The notes: generated by a model from the sequence alone, not told the origin. Counted from the first letter of the whole stretch, positions 38,901 to 52,725 are shown. The stretch: DNA of 63,581 nucleotides, filler included, from Octopus bimaculoides (GCF_001194135.2; 5 parts of 5 records of this genome joined end to end with filler, not necessarily neighbours in it); one strand, 5' to 3'. A program made the numbers and translations.

Positions 38901-39231
38901 TAACACTGTCAATAACAAAAGACGGAAAGAGTCGTTACGCTGATTCTGTTTCGTATCTTCGTAATCCCGCGTGGAGGGCAGATGTTATGGTGAAACCATT
39001 TTCATGATGGTCATCATGTACAATGGAATAGGTGCATTCAATTGGGATGTCTTTACATTATTTACATTATTTGCTTAGGAAGTTGTTGTGTCCTAGTATA
39101 TGTGTTGTTGTGTTCTAGCATATGTGCTGCAGACCGAGTGCAGATATGAGCAGCATATGGGAACCGGTATTAAGGAAAGATAGAAAAATATTAGATTTAT
39201 AAGCCCTAAAATTCACTCCATAATTGCCCAC

Positions 39232-39481
39232 GGACATATGGCGTAGTGGTTAAGAGCGCGGGTTACTAACCCGAAGATTCCGAGTTCGATTCCAAGCAGT
39301 AACTAGAATAATAATAATAATAATAATAACAACATCGAAAAATACCTTAGGAATGAGGACCCAGGTTCGAAATTTCCCCAAGACACCAGCCGAAACGTTG
39401 TGTTAACAACAAACAAGATGATGACAAATATCTGTCGAATGTAAATAATGTACATTATTCCTCATCTCTTAAATATAGAAC
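39232..39481 (+). mobile_element. SINE family H: tRNA-derived head, (AAT)n, and a tail with a hammerhead remnant (core deleted)
   Basis: A box TGGCGTAGTGG (39239-49), B box GAGTTCGATTCC (39282-93), (AAT)n spacer, GACAC-C-AGCC-GAAACGTT-GTGTT (39382-39404). Confidence 0.85.
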
Positions 39482-39927
39482 GGTATGTCTTTAGTTGGAG
39501 TTTTTTTCCAACTGTGAAAACAAAAGCTCTTAATGTGCTTGGTTTCCTTCATTATTGAAGGGATAAAAGTTATAGGATAAATCTATGAATATCAAACAGA
39601 AGATTTTAGGGCATCATTTTTTTTCTGATGTCACCTTTGTTATCAGGTTTACTAAAGTGTATTACTGATAAAGTCTATCAGTTAATTTGAATTTTGTCAA
39701 TAAATTGGAAAAATTCGGTACTTCTATTTTAAAAGCTTTGACTAAAAAACACCTTTGTCTTGTAAAATAGTTTATTTCAGGTGGCTGACCTAAACTTTTC
39801 GGCCTACATGACAATTCATGGGTTTCTACTACCTTTTTAAACTAAATTTTGCGATCAGCCAAGATCGTAAATTGATCAACCGTTGTGATTGTGAGTCCGA
39901 TACCCTACACACTGAGCCATGCGCCAT

Positions 39928-39970
<43 letters not shown>

Positions 39971-41769
39971 ATTATGTACTTATTTAGATATTTCATTCGT
40001 TTACTTGAATCACTTACACATATGTTTGCAATCAATTAATAAACAGATATAATTGAATGTTTACTGGCTGATGTTTCTCGATTGTTTACTCTCTCCATTT
40101 TCTTGTTTGCCTTAAATATACATAAATACATACATACATACATACATACATACATACATACATACATACATACATACANNNNNNNNNNNNNNNNNNNNNN
40201 NNNNNNNNNNNNNNNNNNNNNNNNNNNNNNNNNNNNNNNNNNNNNNNNNNNNNNNNNNNNNNNNNNNNNNNNNNNNNNNNNNNNNNNNNNNNNNNNNNNN
40301 NNNNNNNNNNNNNNNNNNNNNNNNNNNNNNNNNNNNATATATATATATATATATATATATATACCCGTAAATATAATTCTCCCGTAGCATAACGAACAGT
40401 CTACATTTCAGATTATGTCATGGTAACTCAAAACATCAGACTCTGCATCAAATCTGATATATCGTTATTATATAGTCTCAGACAAAAAGTGTATTCGGGA
40501 GATTTCATTCTTTACGAATGCTAGAATTACTATGTATAGAATGTACCGAGGAAGCGAGGATAGTCGATAAATACGAATTCAGAAAAAAAGAATACACTAA
40601 ACTAAATAGAATAAAATACAAAATAAAATATAAAATAAGAAGAAATAAGTTTATCATAAAGATTTACCTATCTAAAGATGTGGCTGACCATACCGTAGTA
40701 TGTAAATCCATGTGATGAATAACAAAGGATAAGATAAATCGAATGAAAAGTATAGCGAGAAATGCCGAATAATACTCAGGATTTAAGCATTGGTGTAAGA
40801 GGCCTCATTTGTTAAAGACAATGAATTTGTTTTAGTAGTTTGACTTAACTGTCTCTGTTTGTTTGCCTTCCCTATTCTCTCTGTCACTCGTACGCATGCG
40901 ATTGTGTTAAAAGATTTGTTATTTAAAATTTCATAAATTTAAAACGTACCTTGACATTTAGAAGTTATATTTTTCTTTTAAATAAAACGTGCAAAGTCTT
41001 TAGAGTGAGAAACACACCTTCTCTTGATTTAAAAGAGCTAAACCGTTTCCTGTTATTATTAAGTCAGTCGTAATTTTTTAGACATGGATGTGTTAGTAAC
41101 TGAGCAAAAATCGACCACTGATATTGTATAGAAAAAAATTTCCCTTGTCGAATGCAAACTACGAAAGTGAAAGAAATGTTATCTTTTTTTTTACCAGTAG
41201 TGAACGGTTACATATTTAATTGACGATTTGTATGGCAGAAACGCTCGTATATTATAATATGGAGATAAAAAGGTAGCGCGTATAGATTAAGATAGAAAAC
41301 TAGATATTTGTAGGTGTTAGATGATAGTAAGTTTTAAAATATGGATGTAGCATTATATGCATAGTCAGTGAAAATGGTAAAATATGTCGAGAATACACCT
41401 AAAGAATATATTACTGAATAACTTGAAAACTAGGAAATTTTATACAGTGAATGGATCAATAGATGAAACAAATCAATGCAACGAAATATTTCTATTATGC
41501 TCGTCCTATCAAGTTTCGATGACCAGAGAAAGAAAAAAAAAATGAGAATCTGACACATTGGTATATCAAAGATGAGACAAACAGACTTGTGTGAAAAGCT
41601 TTGCTGATAATTTGAATATTGTTAAAAATGTTGGTAACACAATCTACCATTGAGGTAAATACGCATTCTGAATTATCTTTATTGCTAACTCAGAAATATC
41701 GTCTAAAGTTTTGTGCCATCCGTAGTTGATAAATGCTATAGTCATTACCATATCATTGTAAAATAAACA

Positions 41770-41980
41770 GAAGGCGGCGGGAGGGGGAAATAGCACGCCG
41801 CACAAAAATGTTTAGCGGCGCTTCTAGCTTTACTTTACGAGTTCGAATTCTGCTGGGGTCAACTTTGCTAGTCTTCATTTTGGGTGGTTAAATCAGTACC
41901 AGCTGAACACTGAAGTTGATGTAATCGAATAACCTTTTCTCACTATGATTTCAGATCTTGTGCTTATAGTAGAAAAGATT
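41770..41980 (+). mobile_element. SINE family A, degenerate
   Basis: GAAGGCGGCGG..GAGTTCGAATTC..GGGGTCAACTTTGC..TAAATCAGTACCAG. Confidence 0.75.
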
Positions 41981-42031
41981 GTATAAGAGATAACTTCAGT
42001 ATTGTTGTATGCGTTTAATAGTTAATGTATC

Positions 42032-42257
42032 AGAAGGCAGCTAGCTGGCAGTAACGCCGAGCGAAATGCTTACAGGTATTTCGTCTGTTTTTACGTTCTG
42101 AGTTCAAATTCCACCGAGGTCGCCTTTGCCTTTCATCCTTTCGGGGTCGATAAATTAAGTACTAGTTACGTACTGGAGTCGATCTAATTGACTGGCCCCC
42201 TCCCCCAAAATTTCGGGCCTTGTGCCTAGAGTACAAAAGAATATTAAATACCAGAAT
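42032..42257 (+). mobile_element. SINE family A, younger copy with TSD
   Basis: TSD ATGTATCAGAA at 42025-42035 and 42258-42268. Confidence 0.9.
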
Positions 42258-42264
42258 ATGTATC

Positions 42265-42425
42265 AGAAAGGGGCGAGTTGGCAGGATTATTAGCACGCCG
42301 AGTAAAATGCTTAACAGCATTTTTACCGTCTTCAGGATGCGAGTTCAAATTCTGCCGAGGTCGACATTGTCTTTCATCTGTTCTGGCTTGATAATGGAAG
42401 TACCAGATGAGCACTGACGTCGGTT
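42265..42425 (+). mobile_element. SINE family A, older 3'-truncated copy
   Basis: GGGGCGAGTTGGCAGGATTATTAGCACGCCG..GAGTTCAAATTCTGCCGAGGTCGAC. Confidence 0.8.
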
Positions 42426-43835
42426 TGTTCCAAAATTTGAAATACATATTTAATGCAACAGTATTGTTATAGGCTCTTCGATAAGATTCGCAGACGATGG
42501 GCGGTGCGTTTACTTCTGTCGTGTCACATAATTAGGCAATTCATTTATAAATAATTTACTGGCTTTCTTATTCTATTCATACAAATTTCTTTTCGTAGTT
42601 TGATTGATAACTGCATGCATAGAATGTTCTTGTTTTAATTATAAAATATCATTTTAATTTAATAGATAACTGTTTCTAGATATAAATCTTTATTGCAGAG
42701 ATATTTTAATTGTAAATTTATCGTGGAGATATTTTAACTGTATCGATAAAAAGTGATTCTACAGAAAATATTTATTGCAGAGATAACTGTTTATTGTTCC
42801 AACAATTTGATCTGAAAATTCACTAGAATATATAAACCAACGGGGGAGTCTCCAGGAGTTTGGTCGACATACCGGAAATAGCAACAAAGTATATCTACTA
42901 TCGCAACACACTATCGTAAAAAATATACTTATTGGTCAATGTATACGACAACAACAACAATAATAAGAAGAAATGTAATGTTAAAAACAACAAAGAAAAA
43001 CAGTTCTAATGAAGAAAGTTGCTTGGGAAAGATGTCGGTTTCGTAATTGAGAGATGAGCAATTGCTTGGTGATTAGAGAGCCTCAGTGGTTTTTGATTTT
43101 ATCCTCAAAATCGGTGCACGAAATGGATGGTTTAGAAAATTTAGAATATGTTCTTTCTGACATGATGGTGCTTCATAAACCAACACGGAAGTAGAGACTA
43201 TGTGTGTACGTACGCATGTATGTATGTATATATGTATGTATGTATGTATGTATGTACGTACGTACGTACGTATGTATGTATGTATGTACATATGTATGTA
43301 TGCATGCATGTATGTTTGTATGCATGTATGTATGTGTGTGTGTGTACTTGTGTATGTGTGGTATGTGTGTATGTATATGTATGCATGTATGTATATATGT
43401 ATGTATGGAAGTAAGTATGCATATATGTTTGTTTGTATGTATGCATGTATGTGTGTATGCACGTATATAAATACATAGCTACACACACGCACGCGCGCAT
43501 AATATGTGTGTGTGTGTGTATACTGTTGTGTCTGGGGAGAGTAATTCTCTTTTAGTGCCTTATAATTTAACACACGCACTGGTAAAATTTCCACTCATTT
43601 CCCTCTTTATTTTTCTAAAACTTTCGTTGCGTCTTGCAACCTTTTCAAGTAGACACTTAAAGAGAATGACTCATCGCAGACACAACAGAATATGCTTCAA
43701 CACATGAACTCACACGAAGATTCTTGCAAACCAAATCCCCAAAACGAAAGCGCAAATAAGAATGAACAAAAGATTTTTTCCAAAATTCTAGAGACCTTTT
43801 TTCTCAATATTCAGTATCTGTACACTACACCAAAC

Positions 43836-43891
<56 letters not shown>

Positions 43892-43991
43892 NNNNNNNNN
43901 NNNNNNNNNNNNNNNNNNNNNNNNNNNNNNNNNNNTTAATTAATTAANNNNNNNNNNNNNNNNNNNNNNNNNNNNNNNNNNNNNNNNNNNN

Positions 43992-44061
<70 letters not shown>

Positions 44062-44472
44062 GTATATGTATATGTGCGTGTATCTATGTTTTTATATATG
44101 TGTGTGCATATACACATGTACCTCCATATATGCTTAGACAAAAAGAGTTAATACGCACGTATACACACGCGCACACACGCGCACGCGTGCATGCATTACA
44201 CATGACTGGCTGAAGTCATTCGATGGCAGCCATACTACACTGCCACCTATAATTGTTTTAGTCGATTATATCAACACTAGTACTTTCCTTGGTACAGTTT
44301 TTGTTTGTTTTTTTATCATTGATCTCATAAAAGATGAAAGGGAAGTCAGCCTCCTCTTAAAAGGAGACTAATATGTATACCTCTAGGTACTTTTCCTGAG
44401 CACACCAATTTAGTTCATCCTCCACCTGTGTGTGTGTGTGCACATATATATATCTACAAACACTCACACATG

Positions 44473-44514
<42 letters not shown>

Positions 44515-45559
44515 CACACACATACACACACATGCATATATATATACACATATGTGTATGTATGTATATATACATACATGTATCTACTATGCATATATAC
44601 ACATACATATATATATATGTGTGTGTGTGTGTATGTATATATATATACATACATATTTAGGTATGTACATATACTTGTGTGAGTGTGTATATCTGTGTGT
44701 GTGTGTGTATATATATATGTAAATACATAAATAGATATATATATAAATATATAGGTTGATAGATATATACGAGTTTGTGTCTATATACACACATATGCAC
44801 ACACATACATATACATATATACATGCACATCCATACACACACTCAAATATTACACTTGGTGAATGAAAAAGCATGATAATATTCAATATACGATGTAGAT
44901 TTTTTTCATGTTTCTAATTAATCAAAAGATTTGGCCTCTCCTAAAGTTTCATGCATTGCAATCTCCAAGTCAATTAATATATTGAAATGGTAACTTTCCT
45001 GCATGGTTCTATAGAATAAAAAAAATGAAACATTGAACTAATTTATCCAAATCAATATGATATTTTCTCAAGAAAGACCTTCCTGTTCTTAGGAAATTTT
45101 TCCATGTAAAGAAAGACAAGAAAGAATTGTATATTATTAATAAATTATGAACACATAAGGAAAGATTTTCACTATCGTTTTAATATTTTCTCTGTTTTCA
45201 TGGATTAGATGGAGTTTACTGAGGTAGATTTTCTGTGGCTGGTTGCCCCTCCTGTTGTCAAACTTCCTTTGCTTCCAAGAAGGGGGATATTTTTCTATGG
45301 CTAGATATGTTTATGCAGAATATGTTGGAAATGAATGATATTGTTTTTTTATGGCAAGCAACCTACATTTACAACTATCACATGATGTCAAGACAAGGAA
45401 ATACAAACATACACACACACACACACACACTCACACACATTCATACACACTGGAGTTTGGTGCTGCTCTGTGGCTCACTGGATCCTGTCAAACCACCTAA
45501 CGCATGTAAATGGGCATGAAATGACAATGGTAATAAAATCTCAATCTCTCTCTCTCTCT

Positions 45560-45810
45560 CTCTCCCCTTCTTCTTAGCTCTCCTGTATGACCCTTCTGTC
45601 CAGAATTCACCATGATAGATCGCCAACCACTACACACATGTTTTTCTCTGCTTGTTTCTCTCCTTGTTTCTTTCTGTGTTCCTTTCTGTAGAAGAGCGTA
45701 GGCTCGAAACATTAAAGACTTTTTCAATTCCCAAGTGTTATACTAATACATCTGTTTGTTGTCTACGCCATCTGTCTTTGTCTTTTGTTTTTTTGTGAAT
45801 TCTCCCTATA
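45560..45810 (+). mobile_element. Penelope-like terminal-repeat fragment with variant hammerhead motif
   Basis: CTTT|CTGTAGA|A|GAGC-GTAG-GCTC|GAA|ACAT|T|AAAG at 45682-45717. Confidence 0.6.
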
Positions 45811-47214
45811 TATATATATGGGTCTGTTTGGGTATTGGTTGCTGGTGAGGGTTTCACAAGGTTTTAGTGCAAACCTTGCTTCAACCTCTTTTCGTTTCCT
45901 TTTATGAGATGCAGCAGAAATGTTGGGTCTATTCTTTGACACGCTGGTCCCCCACGCAGCACAACAGCAATGAGAAATAAAGTGTTTTGCTGGCCATGGG
46001 AAAATATTACCTTGCATGGAAACAAGTGATGTTGGCAACAGGAAGAGCATCCTTCTAGCTATAGAAGGTCTGCCTCAATAAATTCTGTGCGACCCAATGC
46101 AAGTGTAGCAGTGATTCAAAATCAAACCACTAGGTGGCTCAGCAGACATCATAATCAAACCACAATAGTTTCACATGATTGGTTTATTAAACCACCAATC
46201 AGCATCAAGCCATTGCATGATTCAATTTTCTAGAACTTTCTCATTGTGCTTCTATATAAATGTAGCTTTTGGTAATAATTACAGAATGTTGTGGCAGCTG
46301 CAAGTCGTCTCCATTCTCATCTGCACAGCCAACCAATTAAGACAGATGGCAAATGGCAGACAGGAATTTTCATCACCAGGACTATAGCACAGTTATTTTC
46401 CAGTTGTGATGGGCCGGCCACAGATTGCTATATCAGTTAATTTGTCGTAAATCCCGAGCAATATGTCTCTTCCAGTATATAATTATTGCTGTTAGTATTT
46501 GTAAAAGACCAACACAGAAGAAAACATTATGCGCAGCAAATAGATCTTCAGTTAATCGTTTACTGTCGTTAGTTACTTCTTCACACAACCCAAGAAATAC
46601 ATTTTCTCTCACCAACACCTCAACAGCAGTAGCAACCATCACAAACTCTCAAAGCAAAACAAGTGGGGGAAAATGGACAATAAAACGATGATGATTTTCA
46701 TAATGATAACACTGTGTAACAAATTTTATTTTTTTTTTGTCTTTTGTCAGTGTTGTTTCTTATTTGGTCCTATCTAGAAATCGAAGGAAATGACTACTAT
46801 TCCCTTCAAACTTTGCTTTTTGTGACATGGGAATCAATGTTTTGAAACTGACCTATTTTCCATTACATTTCAGACAGATTCAGTGCTGAGTTGCTGAAGC
46901 AGAAATATCGTTATGATAAATATTCTGCTCAATTCCACAGATTTGCTTGTCCGCTGCTTGACCTTAACCCCTTGAGCATGTCCCTTAGTGGTCGACAATA
47001 TGTGCATCTCTGATCATGAGCAGAAGTAGTGGGGGAGCATAATAACCATGTGCTGAGAGGGATTCTTTGGGGTTTGAATAAATGTAACAAAAGCAGAGTT
47101 TGAAGGAAATATCAGCCAGTTTTCATACTTTCTCGGGGTCAGCAAATCAGAAATAACAGTTCCTACCCAAGGACAAAAATCACATTCCACAGCATTATGT
47201 AATCAAAAGACTAC

Positions 47215-47958
47215 ATCATCATCATCATCATCATCATCATCGTTTTACGTCCGTTTTCCATGCTAGAATGGGTTGGATGATTCGACTGGGGTTTGGGATG
47301 CTGCACCAGGCCCCAATCTGATCTGGCAAAGTTTCTACCACTGGATGCCTTTCCTCACACCAACCACTCCGAGAGTGTAGTGGGTGCTTTTTACGTGCCA
47401 CTGGCACAGGAGCCAGAGGAGCTGGCATTGACCATGATCAGATGGTGCTTTTTACATGTCACCGGCACGGAAGCTAGTCAAAGCGACACTGGCATCGGCC
47501 ATGTTTGAATGGTGCTTTATACATGCTACCAGCATGGGGTTCACAACTACAATTTCCATTTGATTTGATTTTGATGTTGCTGATGTTGATGTACTTGACT
47601 CAATAGGTCCCCTCAAGCATGGCATGTCACCCTACAATCCAAGGTACTTTTGAGTGGGCCGATTATGTGACACTGGTGTGGGTTACAGCTGTGGACTCAC
47701 TTTATTTGCCTGGTCTTCTCAGTCACAGAAGTCTTGGTCTTTTGTCATTGCCTCTGTGAGGCCCAACATTCGAAGGTCATGCTTCACCACCTCACCCCAT
47801 GTCTTCCTGGGTCTCCCTCTACCCCGGATTCCTTCCACTGTTTGGGAGTGACACTTCTTCACACAGCTCTCCTCGTCCATCCGCAGTACATGACCATACC
47901 AACGCATACGTCTCTCTTGCACTCCACACCCGATGCTTCTTATGTCTAACATTTCTCT
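47215..47958 (-). mobile_element. RTE LINE, 5'-truncated 3' end (RT C-terminus, 3' UTR, (GAT)n tail)
   Basis: QERRMRWYGHVLRMDEESCVKKC..VEGIRGRGRPRKTWGEVVKHDL is a classic RTE C-terminus; tail CATGGAAAACGGACGTAAAACGATGATGATG. Confidence 0.92.
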
Positions 47959-48359
47959 GCAAAACGTCTTAAAGGGATGCAATGGGTCTACACGTGTCAG
48001 AAGTTGCTCAAACATGAGGGGAAGAAAGGGGCCATGATGTTCGTCAATTTGATATTCTCTCTATAATGATACACAACCCCGTCTGCAGTTTAAAGCAGAG
48101 ACTCTCCCTTGCATACAAAATAAAGTGCCTGCCAGAGCAGTTGTAATTGTAACAATTAGATTCGGAAGGAAATTAAATATTCCATGTCAGAGAGAAGATT
48201 TCTCCTGAATCTAACTGACACATTGGATCTCAGAGTTACCATTCCACAGCTATTTCAAGATGAATGCTCTGTCGGGCTGAGGTTTTGTTTCTGTGCGAAG
48301 TCATTAAGGACTGAGACATTCCAATTGTCATTTGGACTTTTAATTAATTGGTGTATTCT

Positions 48360-48380
48360 GCCACTACCACCAACACCACC

Positions 48381-48412
<32 letters not shown>

Positions 48413-48755
48413 CAAGACTACCAATAACTCCAACGACCACAACTAATTCTACTGCCAGCACATCACTTCCACCAACACTACTCTACCACCCTCATGACCA
48501 CCACCACCACCACCACCACCACCACTTCCACCATCTCCACGACGACGACCACCACGAAAACCACAATCACCACCATCATCGTCACGACTACCACTNNNNN
48601 NNNNNNNNNNNNNNNNNNNNNNNNNNNNNNNNNNNNNNNNNNNNNNNNNNNNNNNNNNNNNNNNNNNNNNNNNNNNNNNNNNNNNNNNNNNNNNNNNNNN
48701 NNNNNNNNTACTACTACTACTACTACTACTACTACTACCATCACCACCACCACCA

Positions 48756-48787
<32 letters not shown>

Positions 48788-48890
48788 GCTGCTACTACCA
48801 TCATGACCACCACTATCTCTGCTATTGCTGCTACTGCTGCTGCTGCTGCTGCTACTACTACTACTATTACCATCACCAAATACCTAATAC
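48360..48890. repeat. Compound trinucleotide tract (CCA/CAA/TAC/TGC)n
   Basis: Direct reading. Confidence 0.9.
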
Positions 48891-51091
48891 TGCAATATTC
48901 GTTTCCCTTCCAATGGTCTTCGTTTCATTAATCACATTGACATGTTAATGGAAAGCCTGTTGTTGTGGTGGTGGGGGGAGGGGTAGTGGTGGTGGGGGGC
49001 AGTGGTGATGTTTGGTGTTGGTTATGATACTGATGCTGATGCTGATGAAGATGATGATGGTGACATTGATGAGGACAGTGGTGGTGGTGGTGGCGGTTGA
49101 TGATGGTGGCTGATGGTAAATGGTAGCAACGGTGCTGTTTAACCCTGGGTCAATATCGATGGAACAGAGCTACGATGAAATCCTCATTCCAAACCCAACC
49201 ATGCCCATCTGTTTGAAGGTAGGGGGTTGGTCAGAAGTACATTATTATACGTATAATTTTCCTCGTTTCAAACAGCCTTCATTTGAGGGAAATCTACTTT
49301 CTCTTTCTAGCAGATCAAAAGACTACGCAGAGCTCCCCTTGTTGTTATTGTTGTTGTTCTTGTTATTACAGCTCGAGGGGTGAGGGTAAGAGGTAAGGAA
49401 GTATCGATTACTGGCAATGGAGTGGGGGAGGCGATGCTGGTTAATGCATTCATGTGCCGTTATGGTTATATACCGTTTAATGTGTGTGTGAATGGCTTTT
49501 GTGCATGTGTGTGTGTGTGTGTGTGTGTATGCACGCGCATATGTGTGTGTGATTGTATGTGGATGTTTGTGTGTGTTTGTGTGTTTGTTTGTGCTGTGTA
49601 TATAATGTATGTATGAACAGAATTTGTGGTGTGTATGTGTGTGCATGGTATGTTATGTGTTGTGCAGTGAGTGTGTGTGTGTGTGTGTGTGTGTTTGTCT
49701 ATGTGAGTTAGCCTTGTGTGTGTTTGTGTATGGATGGTTTATATGTTGCGTATGTTATGATGATGATGATGATAGCCATCATCACCATCATCATCATCAT
49801 CACCATCACCATCATCATTATCATGTTTGTATTAATCGTNNNNNNNNNNNNNNNNNNNNNNNNNNNNNNNNNNNNNNNNNNNNNNNNNNNNNNNNNNNNN
49901 NNNNNNNNNNNNNNNNNNNNNNNNNNNNNNNNNNNNNNNNNNNNNNNNNNNNNNNNNNNNNNNNNNNNNNNNNNNNNNNNNNNNNNNNNNNNNNAGTGAA
50001 CATGCGTGTAAAAGATGTGTTATCATCATCATCATCGTCATCATCATCATCATCGTCATCATCGTCATCATCATCGTCATAATCATGTTTGTATTAATTG
50101 AATTTGTGGTGTGTGTTTGTGTGTGTGTGTGTGTGTGCGCGTGCATGCGCTTGCCATGTTGCAGTGTGTATGTATGAGATGAGTGTGTCAGCCTTGCATG
50201 CGTTTGCACACAGATGGCCTATGTATAACATATGTGACCTGTGCGGTTGCGTATGCAAATTTATGGTCTATGTGGTATATGCACATTTATGTTTGCACAT
50301 TTATGCACTAAGTTGTGCATATGGCAGGTGCAGCACGCAGTCTGTGCGTGTTTGTTGCACATGTATGTCCTATGTATTGTATATGACATGTGCAGTGTTA
50401 TGTTTATATTTTCGCATGCATACATGCTTGATCTATTTGGCGTATGATGCAAATGCTGCGTATTGTGTGCTCTACATATGCATGAACTAACGTGGTGCAT
50501 GTGGTATTTGCAGCGAGGTGCATGTGATTCTCTGTGCATGTGTAAATCTATATGTGCATGTGTGCGTGATTTTGGAAGGTCTGTGTTATTTGCAACTGCA
50601 CATACATGTTTTATGTTGTGCATCTGATATGTGCAGTGCGTTGTATGTACGTGTGTATGTGTGTGTGTGTGTTTGCGTCTGCACAAAGACAACTGTGTAT
50701 TTGGTGGCATACGCAATGTGTGCATTGTGCAATGTGTGAGTACGTGTGTGAGAACGATTATATGTGAGTGTGTGTGTGTGTGTTTCTGTGCATAATGTGA
50801 TTAATAAATGGTCCGTATGATTTGTTACCTAAGGGGTAAGTGCACCAATGCATTTGATGCACATGTATGTGGGCGTTTGTAGTGGAAAGATACATACAAA
50901 CACACATACACGTGTGTGTGTGTTTGTGTATTATTCATGACAGTTTGGTTAAAATGAACATTAACTATTTGTATTTTTTTTACCTGTGAGTTCTCTGATA
51001 GTATCAATCTACCAAGTATTTTATATATGTATATATACGCATATACACACACACACACACACATATATATATATTCATATTTATATATATT

Positions 51092-51122
<31 letters not shown>

Positions 51123-52114
51123 NNNNNNNNNNNNNNNNNNNNNNNNNNNNNNNNNNNNNNNNNNNNNNNNNNNNNNNNNNNNNNNNNNNNNNNNNNNNNN
51201 NNNNNNNNNNNNNNNNNNNNNNNNNNNNNNNNNNNNNNNNNNNNNNNNNNNNNNNNNNNNNNNNNNNNNNNNNNNNNNNNNNNNNNNNNNNNNNNNNNNN
51301 NNNNNNNNNNNNNNNNNNNNNNNNNNNNNNNNNNNNNNNNNNNNNNNNNNNNNNNNNNNNNNNNNNNNNNNNNNNNNNNNNNNNNNNNNNNNNNNNNNNN
51401 NNNNNNNNNNNNNNNNNNNNNNNNNNNNNNNNNNNNNNNNNNNNNNNNNNNNNNNNNNNNNNNNNNNNNNNNNNNNNNNNNNNNNNNNNNNNNNNNNNNN
51501 NNNNNNNNNNNNNNNNNNNNNNNNNNNNNNNNNNNNNNNNNNNNNNNNNNNNNNNNNNNNNNNNNNNNNNNNNNNNNNNNNNNNNNNNNNNNNNNNNNNN
51601 NNNNNNNNNNNNNNNNNNNNNNNNNNNNNNNNNNNNNNNNNNNNNNNNNNNNNNNNNNNNNNNNNNNNNNNNNNNNNNNNNNNNNNNNNNNNNNNNNNNN
51701 NNNNNNNNNNNNNNNNNNNNNNNNNNNNNNNNNNNNNNNNNNNNNNNNNNNNNNNNNNNNNNNNNNNNNNNNNNNNNNNNNNNNNNNNNNNNNNNNNNNN
51801 NNNNNNNNNNNNNNNNNNNNNNNNNNNNNNNNNNNNNNNNNNNNNNNNNNNNNNNNNNNNNNNNNNNNNNNNNNNNNNNNNNNNNNNNNNNNNNNNNNNN
51901 NNNNNNNNNNNNNNNNNNNNNNNNNNNNNNNNNNNNNNNNNNNNNNNNNNNNNNNNNNNNNNNNNNNNNNNNNNNNNNNNNNNNNNNNNNNTATATATAT
52001 ATTCATATCTATACAGATGTATTTATATACATATCTGTATGCAAATGTGTGTATGATCACATGTGTATGCATGTATAATTTTCCTCATATATTTCAATGT
52101 ATTTGTACCAACAG

Positions 52115-52145
<31 letters not shown>

Positions 52146-52614
52146 TGTGTGTGTGTATGTATTTATGTATATGTCTATGTCTCAGCTTCAATATGCATGT
52201 GTGTAAATGTGTGTATGTATGTGTACATCAGTGTGTGTGTGTGTTTGTATGCATGTGTGTGTGTGCATAAGTGATAGCAATTGAATAGTGTCACCTGATT
52301 GATTTACCTGCAAGCTGTTACTATAGCAACATTGACATGCGAAAGGAAACGAATAATTATTTACTATTTACGGGGTTTGAAAAGTACAGATATCAAAGCT
52401 GGTTGGGATATACGTATATATTGATTACACACACACACACACTGGCACACACATACAAATGCACACACACAGACATACAACACATTCAACACACACATAC
52501 AAGCATACATATAACCATGCATATATATATATATATACACACACATAAACATACATATTGCCATCATCATCATCATCATATATGTGTTTATATTATGCAT
52601 AAATGCACACATGA

Positions 52615-52725
52615 ACTTCCCAACCCCCTGGTTTGGGGTTCAGTCCCACTGTTTGGTACCTTGGGTAAGTCCAACAAATGTTTTGAGAGTGGATTTGATA
52701 GATGGAAACTAAAAGCAACCCACAA
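52615..52725 (+). mobile_element. SINE family B 5' half, degenerate
   Basis: GGGGTTCAGTCCCACTG..CCTTGGGTAAGT..GAGTGGATTTGATAGATGGAAACT, then a microsatellite. Confidence 0.75.

Noticed and set aside
39232-39300. tRNA gene
   Set aside because: It has A/B boxes and an anticodon-like arm but no acceptor-stem complement, and it continues into a SINE body.
44375-44425. 45-nt open minus-strand segment VEDELNWCAQEKYLE
   Set aside because: The acceptor lies in a (CA)n tract with no pyrimidine run, and the donor is weak.
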